From positions 128,001 through 192,000 of the forward strand of contig CBDCNQ010000004.1 of assembly GCA_965219445.1 (NCBI GenBank): 64,000 bases of DNA, written 5' to 3'. This document shows, piece by piece, positions 1-9,375 of the stretch. The translations under genes were made by a program, and so were the position numbers. Each line of letters begins with the position of its first letter. Positions within the stretch are counted from its first letter, which is position 1. Source of the DNA: Longimicrobiales bacterium (GTDB lineage Bacteria; Gemmatimonadota; Gemmatimonadetes; Longimicrobiales; Gaopeijiaceae). The notes below the pieces were generated by a model that was not told the origin of the DNA, searched no databases, and was given only the letters and a program-made list of their open reading frames with translations.

Positions 1-44
1 ACAGTGCAGATGGCGATCAGTCCGGCACTCATCGCAGCGCGCAT
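1..44 (-). CDS. 5' end of a probable secreted protein (partial, runs off window)
   Basis: ATG at 44 preceded by GAGGAG; reads MRAAMSAGLIAICT..., signal-peptide-like; lies downstream of the 164-739 gene. Confidence 0.5.
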   Translation of the reverse strand, partial: MRAAMSAGLIAICT

Positions 45-163
45 GAATTTCTCCTCGATTGGGCTCCGACGTGGACGACAACCGAGGTCTTAAGATGTGG
101 AGTCGGGCGGGAAACGCCAGCACGAGAGGGGCTGAAGCGCTATCGGGGTCGTGGAGCCGTTCC

Positions 164-739
164 TCAGCCCCCGGGGCCGGCCTCCTTCAGCGCGCCATAC
201 CGGACCTGAAACGCCGCGGCTACCCTGGCGTCGGGCTGAATGTGGCCGCGCACCGTCCACCGGATGTCCGTGTAATCCTCCGGACTAGCGGGACGTTGCT
301 CGGTTCGGCCGTCGACGACCACCTCGACCATGGGCTGTTCGGAGTAGGACGTGCCGCCGTCCAATGAGAACTCCACGTCGACATCTTCGCGGTCCGCGCC
401 GGCCGTGCCTGGTAGGTAGTGCATGCCTTCCGGCAGAGGGTCGTTGAATTGGATGTTACTGACCGGACTTCCCGTGATATTGGTGAATACGAGCCGATAC
501 TCCACCACATCTCCCGACACGATGGTATTGGGGTCTCGCTCCGGGGCGTCGACCGTCTGAGGGCGCGCGTCTCCCCATGTGAGGATCGTCGCCGAGACGA
601 CCAAGGCCTGGGGCTCCCTCTCCTCCTGGGCCGCCGCGGATCCGCCCGCCAAGGCGAAAAGCATCGCGAGCCACAAGGCGCTCCGTAGGACCTTCAATCT
701 TCCTCCTGAACGATTTCGGTGTTCGTCCGGCTTCGACAT
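164..739 (-). CDS. Secreted single-domain DUF11/TIGR01451 protein
   Basis: Signal peptide ending AAA-Q; motifs GDVVEYRLVFTN, NDPLPEGMHY, VEFSLDGG, YTDIRW, FQVRY; GGAG before GTG start. Confidence 0.85.
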   Translation of the reverse strand: MSKPDEHRNRSGGRLKVLRSALWLAMLFALAGGSAAAQEEREPQALVVSATILTWGDARPQTVDAPERDPNTIVSGDVVEYRLVFTNITGSPVSNIQFNDPLPEGMHYLPGTAGADREDVDVEFSLDGGTSYSEQPMVEVVVDGRTEQRPASPEDYTDIRWTVRGHIQPDARVAAAFQVRYGALKEAGPGG

Positions 740-850
740 CGGGACGACTCCTGATCAACTGTTTCCACCCCAACCACCCCGAAAACTCAAGCCCGGTGAG
801 GCCATTCTCCCGAGCCCACCCGGACCCCCGGGCTGCCTCTCGTACGTGAG

Positions 851-865
851 GCAAGGTCCGTGCCC
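851..865 (-). promoter_or_regulatory. Candidate sigma-54 promoter for the small DUF11 gene
   Basis: Minus strand GGGCACGGACCTTGC matches the GGCACG-N4-TTGC -24/-12 consensus, about 110 nt upstream of the start at 739. Confidence 0.55.
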
Positions 866-1111
866 CACCCCACTCGTCGCTCGCCAGTAGGCACTGGAGG
901 CCACTGACAACGCTCGCACGAAGCCGACGAACGTTCAATGGCGAGGCCCACCAAGGATGATCCAGACCCGGAAAATTTTTCCTCCTTCGGCCACAAAATG
1001 CCCACAGCACAATTTACCGATTTCTGTCCCTTAGGGCCCCAAAAAATGACGAATTTCGGGCCCTCCCGACCCCGTATAAGCGCCCCTCCTAAATTCGTGT
1101 AAATAGTTGTC

Positions 1112-1124
1112 AATAAACGTCTTA
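1112..1124 (+). promoter_or_regulatory. Candidate IHF site
   Basis: AATAAACGTCTTA, one mismatch to WATCAANNNNTTR, inside an AT-rich patch between the divergent genes. Confidence 0.3.
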
Positions 1125-1176
1125 AGTAGACAAAAAACATATGGTTATAAGGTGTTCTCGGCTTTGGCACCTGAGC

Positions 1177-1191
1177 GGTCCACACCTTGCA
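1177..1191 (+). promoter_or_regulatory. Weaker candidate sigma-54 promoter for the DUF11 operon
   Basis: GG-N10-GC spacing (GGTCCACACCTTGCA); good -12, poor -24. Confidence 0.3.
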
Positions 1192-1259
1192 AAAAAAAGG
1201 GCAACGACATTCACATGCGCCCGCGAGGAGGCGGGCGAACGACGGAGGAGAGAACGGAA

Positions 1260-2506
1260 ATGAAAACGCACTCGAACCTGGCATCTCGAGTCTTGGGGAT
1301 GCTAGCGATAGTAGCGGCGGTCGGCTGGCTTCAGCCTACCGCGGTCTACGGCCAGACGGCCGAAGGCGTAGTCATCACCAACCGCGCCACGGTCACATTC
1401 ACCGACGCGAACAGCAACGCTTACTCGTCCGTGTTTGACGAGGTAGACGTGACGGTTGGCCACAGTGCCGGCATCGACGTGGTGGCGGCACAGGCCACGG
1501 CCACGCCGATCTCGCCGAGCGCAAACAACACGCTGGACTTCACGGTCAACAACATCGGAAACGGCCCCGACAGCGTGACCGTCGCCGAGAGCAACACGGA
1601 CCCCACGGTCCTGACGGTGACGAAGTACACCTACAACCTCACGGACTACGCGAGTCTCGCCTTGCTGAACACGGCGCTGGCGGGGGTCTCCATCGCAGCC
1701 GGAGGCAATGTGGCGATCACGGTCGAGTACTCCATCGCGGCGGGTAAGGGCGGCGAGCCGTCGACCTACACGCTGACGGGTACCTCGCGCCGCGACGGTA
1801 GCGCGACGGACAACGACAACACGGTCGTAACCCCAGCGCTCACGGGCACCGTGGTCACGACGCCGGACGGCGGGCAGAGCCTCACACATCTGCCGAGTAA
1901 CGGCACGAACTACACGTTCCAGTTCACCGTGACGAACAACCAGACCGGAGCGGAGCGGACGACTTCGACCTGCTCGCAACGAGCCCCGGCTCGGCGGTCA
2001 TCACCATCGTGTCGGTGGACGGGTTCGCGGGAGACAGCACCCGGGTGAACATCGCGGCGTCGGCTTCACCGACGTTCGACGTGATCTACTCCGTGGCCGA
2101 CGTGGCCGCCGGAACCCCCGACACGCTCTACCTGGAAGCCCGCTCCGTAACCACCCCGGCTACGACGGATTCCGGCTTCGCCGACATGTCGGTCATCAAG
2201 GCGGCCATGAGCATCACGAAGGCGGCGTACCGGGATAACCAGGTCACGCTCCTCGGCGGCGGCGACACCGTGCTGCCGGGTGAGTTCATCCAGTACCTAG
2301 TCACCGTCACGAACACCGGAACGGCCGACGCGTCCATCGTGCATGTGGACGACCTGTTACCGGCTGAGCTGACGTACGATTCAGCGACAGGGGACTTGGC
2401 GGGCTGGACCTTTACGCCGTCGGGCAACGACTTGGATGCCGATCTAGCCGGCACCCTCGCTCCCGCTGCCAGCCGATTCTTCTGGATCCGGGTGCAGGTG
2501 AACTAG
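1260..2506 (+). pseudogene. Secreted DUF11 protein, putative major polymer subunit (~413 aa when repaired); frameshifted
   Basis: ATG 1260 after GGAGGAG; signal peptide. ORFs 1107-2048 and 2009-2506 join in frame when one CGGAG copy (1946-1955) is removed, giving ...NNQTGADDFDLLATSPG..., which aligns with the C-terminus of the giant adhesin. Confidence 0.85.
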
Positions 2507-2515
2507 CCAGTACCC

Positions 2516-5500
2516 ATGGAATTCCGTACTTACCTTCGTCGTTGCCTCAGGCAGGCCTCCCTGGACCTTCGGGTCCGGGGAGTCGCGTCCTGGGTGCGTT
2601 GGATCGCCGTCGCGGCGGTCCTTCTCGGCGGAGTCGTAGAAGTGCGCGCCACCGGCACACCCGCCGGTACTCTAGTTACCGCGCGCGCGTCTGTGTCCTA
2701 CACTGGTCCCAACGGCACCCCGGGGAACGTAATGTCTCCCGATGCCATGGTCATGATCGGCCAGGTCGCCGGTGTAGACGTAGAGCCTCCCCGCTCGAGC
2801 CTGGGAGCCGCCGGGACGAGCGTCATTTTCCCCCACACCCTCACCAACGTCGGAAACGGTTCCGACACTTTCGTCCTCACGGCCACGTCTCTCGACGGCT
2901 GGCCGATTCGTATGGTGCTAGACGTCAACGGCAGTGGCACCGAGGATGTGGGCGATACGCCCATCGTAGGGCCTGTCGCCCTGAACGCCGACGCAGTGGC
3001 TCAAATCCTGGTCGTCCTGGACATCCCCTTGGCGGCCCCGGTCAGGGCTCCGCAGCCCGCGGTAACTCTTACCGCCACGTCGCAATTCGACGCTGGTGTG
3101 ACCGACTCGCTGACCGACGACCTAGGGGTCACTCCGCCCGTCCCGACCGTAACGCTTAACAAGACCGTGGACGTCGCATCGGCGGTGGCCGGTGACATCC
3201 TCACCTACACCATCACGTATACAGCGTCGGCACTCGGTTCGAACGACCTCACGATCCAAGACACGATTCCCGCGGGGCTGAGCTACGAGGCCGGTACCCT
3301 GCGCTTGGATACACAGGCCCTCACGGACGTCTCCGGAGACGACGAGGGCCACTACGACCCCACGCCCGGCGTCATCGTCGTCACGGTCCCCGCCGCCGCT
3401 ATCCAGCCAGTGGACAGCGTCTCCTTCCAGGTGCGCGTTCTTCCGGTGCGCACCAGTACCATGATGCAGAACATGGCCGTCGCATCCTCCGGGACCGCCA
3501 GCGACGTCTCGAACGTTTCGCAGACGCTCATCGTCGGCCCCGACCTCACGCTGGAGAAGACGGTTCAAGGGCCCAACCCTGCCCGATCCGGCGACCAGCT
3601 CGTCTACCGCGTCGCGCTGACGAACGATGCCAGCGGCGGACTCGCCGAAGCCGCGCTCGTCACGGACACAGTTCCCGCGGGATTGGAAATCGTGGACGCA
3701 GGGCCGGGCGCCACCGTAGACGGTAACGTGGTCACGTGGGCCTTCGGCGACGTCAACGCCGCCGAGCAGGTCGAGGCTTCGCTCCAGGTGCAGGTCGCTG
3801 CGACCATCCCAGATACCCTTTCGGTGGTGAACGTGGCCAACCTGTCTCTGATGGGACAGCCCCACATGGCGGCGTCCGCCCCTTCGGTCCTTCTGTTGGG
3901 CACTGCGGGAGATATCCTGGCTCTCGACCTCCGCGGTGAGACGCTCGAAGCTCAGCTAGGCGAACCGGTCTACCTCAGCTTCACAGTGGAGAACCGGAGC
4001 AACCTGAACGTCACCGATGTCGGGGTGAGGATCGACATCCCCAGCGGCCTGGCTTTCTCGAGGTCTCTCCAGGAGGTGGACTCGATTCAGACCCAGCCCG
4101 GGCAGGTCACTCTGTATCTCGGGCCCCTCGCCGCAGGCGGCACCCTGGAGGGCCAAGCAGCCTTCGCGCTCGTATCCGCGCTCCCGGGCACCATGGTCAT
4201 CTCGGCGATGGCGTTTGGCCACGTCGGGTCCGTGGCGATGAGCGGCCCGGCACCGCTGGTGGCCGCCCTCACAAGCGGCACGACACCCGTGGGCGCCACG
4301 GCTGCCCTCTCGCACGGCGGCTCTCCGGCCGGTTTCGACGTCCGCTCCGCCCAGCAGCAGATCTTCGTGGGCATCCGGGCAGGCACGCCCCTCGAGACCA
4401 GGACGGTCATCGGGAAGATTTGGATCGACGAGGACGGAAACGGCCGACAGGACGGCGGCGAGCTCGGCGTGCACGGAGTGGCCGTCTGGAACGAATCCGG
4501 GGACGTGTCCTCGTCGGACAGCGAAGGGAAGCTGTCGTTCCGGAACGTGAGGCCAGGAGCCCACACCTTCCGGGTGGATCGCTCGACCCTACCCGTGGCG
4601 CTGCGCGTGAACCCCGAGGGCGACGACGGATTCGCGTCGCTCCATTTAAACGGATGGGCTTCGGGTCGGATTTCCTTCGGGCTGGTCCCTCGGGGTGCAA
4701 GACTCGTGGACTTCCAGGTCCAAACCGAGGATGAGGCCGCCAGCGGGGTCATGAGGCTGGCGGACTACCAGCTCGAGACCGAGAGCGCAGCCACCAATGC
4801 CGGGCTCTCTAGCCTCGAAGCGCCCGCCCCCGACGCCATCGTGCAGAGTGAGCTGGTGTTGGAGCCCCACCGAGCTGGTTGGCCCGAGGTGGCCTATCCG
4901 ATCCCGGAGGGCTGGCTTCCGCTACCCGCCTCGGCTCGCCTGGGCGACACGCCTGTCGACGACCCCGAAATTCGCGTGGACCGGGACGGCTCCGCCTGGA
5001 TGTTCTGGACGCTGGACGGCCTCCGTGAGCCCCTCCACGTGACGTTGGAGCCGGAGAGCGCGGTGCGGAGCGCGGAGACCGTGACGCTCCCGGCCCTCCG
5101 CTCCGCCGAGGACCGGTCCAGGGACGGTGGCTCAGGGATCATCACTGGCCCCGGAGTTGCGCTGATCGCGCCTGTCGACGGCGCCGTGCTGGGCAGTGAC
5201 CGCGTCTACGTTGGCGCACTTGGTGAGCCCGGCGCCCAGGCCACCCTTTTCTCGGGTGATTCCATCCTGGCGGAGAGCGTGATCCGGATAGACGGCCAGG
5301 TGGACTTCATCGGCGTCGGACTGCAGCGTGGGACCAACCGCCTCCGGGTACGCATGGTCAACTCCTGGAACCTCGAGCGGTGGGACAGCCTGGACGTCCA
5401 CGTGACGAGCGTCCCCGCGTCCTTCGCGCCCGTGGCCGACACGATCGCTCTCCCGGCGGACGGCGTCACCATTCGGGAGACGAGAGTCCGCGTCCTGGAC

Positions 5501-8158
5501 GCCTGGGATGTCCCTGTGGTCAACAGCCCGTTCGTCACCGTGTCCACCGGACTGGCCGAAGTGGTCGATCTCGACAAAGACCCCTCCTCGGTCGGCCGGC
5601 AGCTTCTGCCCGCCTCCGACGGATGGCTGACCATCCGGATCCGCGCCAGCTCCGAGGTCTCCTTGGACGTACTGGCCCTCCAGGCCGGCGAGGCAACCGG
5701 AGAAGTGGCCCTTCAACACGTACCGAAGGCAAGGGAGCTCATGATCACCAGCATGGGGCAGTACGGCCTGGGCGCCGCACCGGACGACTTCGGTGCCATC
5801 ACCGTGCGGGGGCGCCTGGGCGCAGAGACTGGCGTGACTCTCTCCTACGACAGTCGCGCTCTGGACGCCGGGCGCGACGCGTACGGCAGGACGATCAGCC
5901 CGCTGGACGAGGCCCAGTATCCGATCCTCGGCGACGCCTCCGTGCGCCGGAGCGAGGCAGACATGCGGCCCGGCCTCTCCGCCCGCATCGAGCGTGGAAC
6001 GGACTGGATCGCCGCCGGTGAGTTGGCGAACATGGGATTCGGTACCAGCCTCACGCTGGCCCAATACCGCCGGGCCCTCCCCGGCGTGGCGGCAAACGTC
6101 CGCACGGGTCCCGTGACCTGGAGCGGGTTTGGTGCCATGACCTCCCAGAGCCTCCGCCAGGTCCAGATCCGCGGTGCCGGCATCTCCGGCCCGTACGACT
6201 TGGGCACGGGCATCGTGCCGGGTACGGAGCGGGTCAGCGTGGAGACCCGAGCCTTGGACAATCCGGAACGCAGCCTCCGGCTCCAGACCCTCCAGCAACT
6301 CGCGGACTACCAGATCGACTACGCGACGGGCACTCTGCTCCTCAAGACCCCGGTGCCCTCGGTGGACCTGAACAACAATCCGATCTTCCTCGTCGTGGAC
6401 TTCGAGTCGGACGGGGGCGGCAAGTCGCAGTCCGTGTGGGGTCTTCGCGCCGAGACCGACTTCGGGATCCCTCTGGGGCTCTCGGTCGTGCAGGACAGAG
6501 CCGAAGGCCAGACCTTCGGAATGCTGGGCGCAGACGTGCGGGTTCGCGCGCCGAACGGGTCCGAGCTGGCCGCCGAGGTGGCCTACACCGAAAACCCCGA
6601 CTCGGCGGGGGTGGCCTTCCTCATGTCCGGCCAGGGGAACCTATTGGGCGGCGCGGTGGGACTGACAGGCCAGTGGATGCATGTGGCCAACCGATTCAGT
6701 AATCCATCGAATATCGGGCTGCAGGCCGTCGACGAGTTCGAGGTGGGGACCCAACTGCGGGCCGCCGGCAACGAGCTCCAAGTGGGCCACAGCCGCCAGA
6801 GGTTCGCGGCAAGCGGAATCGAGCGGCGCACCACGGATGCGCGGGTCGTCAGCTCCCCCGTCATGGGAGTCTCACTCACCGCGGGCTTCACCGACCAGGC
6901 CGTCTCCAACGGCAACGTGCTCGGTGGGGCGTCGCGGGCCGGACGCTTGGAGCTCGCATGGCAGCCAACCTCCAGGGTCCGGCTCTGGTCGGAAGCCCAA
7001 AACTCATTCCTCCAGGATCCGGGCGCGGGCCTCGGAGATTTCATCGGTGGCGGAGCGTCCTTGGCCTTGCTCGAACAGTTCTCGCTGGAGGGCCGCCATC
7101 TGCGAATGCAGGGTGACCCTAACGGCGATTACTCCATCACGCGCTTCGGCCTGCAGTCCCGCTTGGAGCGTGGGACCCGGGCCTGGGGCTCGTACGAGAT
7201 CGCGGGTGGCGTGGACCATCAGACCAACGCCGCGGTCGTGGGTCTCAATCAGCAGATACGCCTGGGGCAGTCCTGGACCGTCAACGCTATGATGGAGCGC
7301 CGTGTGGGCCTCGAACGGGCCGCGCTCTCCGATCCGCTCCGGGCCGCCCCCTTCACCCAGCAGGAGGAGGACTACTGGTCGGCCGGACTGAACCTCGAGC
7401 TTCTCCCTCAGGACGGTCCCTACAGCGCGAGCGCCCAGCTGGAGCGAAGGACCGGAGCGGTGCGCTCCAGCGACCTGGCGAACTTGGCGGCGGACATCAC
7501 GTTCAACCGCAGCCTGGCGATCCTTTCCCGGGGAACCTACAACCGTGTCCAGGACGTAAGCACCGGCCTGCCGACGCAGCGGACCGCTTCAGGCCTCTTC
7601 GGCCTGGCCCTCCGACCCGCGGGCAATGATGCGGTGAATGCCCTCCTGAAGCTGGAGTGGCAGCGGGACGAAAATCGGCCCCAGCAGAACGTCTTTGGGA
7701 GGATGGGCTTGGAGTCTCGGCTCATCGGGGCCGCAGAGGTCATCCTGAGTCCGCTGGCGAGAGTCGAGCTGGGAGGCCGATACGCCGTGCGAAGCACCAA
7801 CTTCGTCGTCGGTGCCCAGGCCCCGCTCACCTCCCTCGCTCATTACGTGGGCTCCCGAGCCAATCTGGGACTCACGTCCTGGCTCGGCGTCGGGGGAGAA
7901 GGCCGGCTCCTAGTAGAAGGTACCAGCGGCGAGATGCGGTGGGACGTCGCTCCTGTCATGAAGCTCACCCCTGTAAACGAGTTAGAGATCGCCGGCGGGT
8001 ACCGCTTCGGCGACCTGCTCGACCCCGACTTCGCCTCCAACGGAGGCCAGGGCTGGTTCGTCACCTTCCAACTTCGCGTCACCGAGGACAACCCGATCGT
8101 GGACTACTGGCGGAATCGGATGCGCTCGACGATGGCGAGGCGAGGAGATACACCATGA
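2516..8158 (+). CDS. Large outer-membrane protein: DUF11 repeats, SdrD-B-like and Ig-like domains, probable C-terminal beta-barrel (1880 aa)
   Basis: Signal peptide ending VRA-TGT; two complete DUF11 domains (LNKTV..GDILTYTI..DTIP..N; LEKTV..GDQLVYRV..DTVP..N); GKIWIDEDGNGRQDGGE motif; C-terminal ~750 aa of amphipathic beta-strands ending WFVTFQLRV. Confidence 0.85.
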   Translation: MEFRTYLRRCLRQASLDLRVRGVASWVRWIAVAAVLLGGVVEVRATGTPAGTLVTARASVSYTGPNGTPGNVMSPDAMVMIGQVAGVDVEPPRSSLGAAGTSVIFPHTLTNVGNGSDTFVLTATSLDGWPIRMVLDVNGSGTEDVGDTPIVGPVALNADAVAQILVVLDIPLAAPVRAPQPAVTLTATSQFDAGVTDSLTDDLGVTPPVPTVTLNKTVDVASAVAGDILTYTITYTASALGSNDLTIQDTIPAGLSYEAGTLRLDTQALTDVSGDDEGHYDPTPGVIVVTVPAAAIQPVDSVSFQVRVLPVRTSTMMQNMAVASSGTASDVSNVSQTLIVGPDLTLEKTVQGPNPARSGDQLVYRVALTNDASGGLAEAALVTDTVPAGLEIVDAGPGATVDGNVVTWAFGDVNAAEQVEASLQVQVAATIPDTLSVVNVANLSLMGQPHMAASAPSVLLLGTAGDILALDLRGETLEAQLGEPVYLSFTVENRSNLNVTDVGVRIDIPSGLAFSRSLQEVDSIQTQPGQVTLYLGPLAAGGTLEGQAAFALVSALPGTMVISAMAFGHVGSVAMSGPAPLVAALTSGTTPVGATAALSHGGSPAGFDVRSAQQQIFVGIRAGTPLETRTVIGKIWIDEDGNGRQDGGELGVHGVAVWNESGDVSSSDSEGKLSFRNVRPGAHTFRVDRSTLPVALRVNPEGDDGFASLHLNGWASGRISFGLVPRGARLVDFQVQTEDEAASGVMRLADYQLETESAATNAGLSSLEAPAPDAIVQSELVLEPHRAGWPEVAYPIPEGWLPLPASARLGDTPVDDPEIRVDRDGSAWMFWTLDGLREPLHVTLEPESAVRSAETVTLPALRSAEDRSRDGGSGIITGPGVALIAPVDGAVLGSDRVYVGALGEPGAQATLFSGDSILAESVIRIDGQVDFIGVGLQRGTNRLRVRMVNSWNLERWDSLDVHVTSVPASFAPVADTIALPADGVTIRETRVRVLDAWDVPVVNSPFVTVSTGLAEVVDLDKDPSSVGRQLLPASDGWLTIRIRASSEVSLDVLALQAGEATGEVALQHVPKARELMITSMGQYGLGAAPDDFGAITVRGRLGAETGVTLSYDSRALDAGRDAYGRTISPLDEAQYPILGDASVRRSEADMRPGLSARIERGTDWIAAGELANMGFGTSLTLAQYRRALPGVAANVRTGPVTWSGFGAMTSQSLRQVQIRGAGISGPYDLGTGIVPGTERVSVETRALDNPERSLRLQTLQQLADYQIDYATGTLLLKTPVPSVDLNNNPIFLVVDFESDGGGKSQSVWGLRAETDFGIPLGLSVVQDRAEGQTFGMLGADVRVRAPNGSELAAEVAYTENPDSAGVAFLMSGQGNLLGGAVGLTGQWMHVANRFSNPSNIGLQAVDEFEVGTQLRAAGNELQVGHSRQRFAASGIERRTTDARVVSSPVMGVSLTAGFTDQAVSNGNVLGGASRAGRLELAWQPTSRVRLWSEAQNSFLQDPGAGLGDFIGGGASLALLEQFSLEGRHLRMQGDPNGDYSITRFGLQSRLERGTRAWGSYEIAGGVDHQTNAAVVGLNQQIRLGQSWTVNAMMERRVGLERAALSDPLRAAPFTQQEEDYWSAGLNLELLPQDGPYSASAQLERRTGAVRSSDLANLAADITFNRSLAILSRGTYNRVQDVSTGLPTQRTASGLFGLALRPAGNDAVNALLKLEWQRDENRPQQNVFGRMGLESRLIGAAEVILSPLARVELGGRYAVRSTNFVVGAQAPLTSLAHYVGSRANLGLTSWLGVGGEGRLLVEGTSGEMRWDVAPVMKLTPVNELEIAGGYRFGDLLDPDFASNGGQGWFVTFQLRVTEDNPIVDYWRNRMRSTMARRGDTP

Positions 8159-9375
8159 GTCGCCTCCGCCTTGCACTCGCGCACCTGAGCGCGAGCACGC
8201 TGTTCTGGAGCCACGCCCTCGTAGTGGCGGCCGGCATCTTGGTTCCTGCGAAGCCCGCACAGGCGCAGAGCCCTGAGAATCGCTTCGCGGGTGCCGGCGT
8301 CAGTGAGGGTGCCGAGGAGATGCCCTGGATCCTCCCAGGCAACATAACCGCTGATGATGGCGCCGAAGCCACCATCTCGAATTATGACTCCGACGAATTC
8401 GAGAGGACGCTTCGGTCCCACACCTACGGCTTCACGATCCCGGGCGGCGCGACGATCGACGGGATCGAGGTGATCGTTGGACGACGAAACAACAATAGCC
8501 CCGGGGTGGCCGATAACGTCATTCGACTGGCCAAGGCAGGAGTTGCTGTCGGTGCTAACAAATCTACCGGCGTCGTATGGCCCACGGTGGAGGCACCCAT
8601 TACGTATGGTACCCCAACCGATCTTTGGGGCACGACCTGGACACCGGCCGAGATCAACGCCGGCGGATTCGGTCTCACGCTCAATCCGCTCAACACCGGT
8701 AATGCCGAAAACGCAGCGGTCGATTACCACCGGATCATCGTTTACTACACCACTGCCGAAACGATCCTCCTGGTGGTACCGGACGCGGCGAGCCTGGGCG
8801 CGCAGGACGCCGCGAAGAAGACGTTGATCGAATCCTGGGGCTACACCGTTACGCCAATCTCGGCAAACGACACTCAGGCCAACTTCGACGCCGCCGTGGC
8901 AGCTTCTGACGCCGTCTATGTCTCCGAAGAGATCTCCTCCGCCGACCTAAACACGAAGCTCACATCAGCGACGATCGGGCTCGTCCTCGAAGAGGGCTCT
9001 CTCTCGGATGAGTTCGGGTTTTCGACGGGCAAGCTGAACTACACAGACTCTGCGATCGACATTACGGACAACACCCATTACATCACCTCAGCCTTCAGCA
9101 CGGGATCGCTGACCATCGCGTCCCCGGCTCAGGACCTCCACTACCTCGACGGGACGATCGCTGCAGGTGCGCACGTCCTCGCAGAGCAGCTCGCCACAGC
9201 GAATAGGACACTGGTCGTGCTTGACGTCGGTGCGGCGCTGGAGCCTGCGGGTACGGCCGCAGGACGTCGCGTCATCTTACCGTGGGGTCCTGATGCATTC
9301 GATATCAACTCGCTCACCGTCGACGGGCAGACCTTGATGCGCAGGGCTATCGAGTGGGCGACAGGATTGGGAACA

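Noticed and set aside
1191..1198. A8 tract as a phase-variation switch
   Set aside because: It is short and outside a coding frame or fixed-length spacer, with no supporting evidence.
1107..1259. Upstream extension of the shaft ORF
   Set aside because: It covers the promoter region; ATG 1260 has the RBS and signal peptide.
7657..8154. N-terminal extension of the 597-aa ORF
   Set aside because: It overlaps the barrel gene out of frame; the real start is ATG 8155 with RBS, ATGA coupling and a signal peptide.
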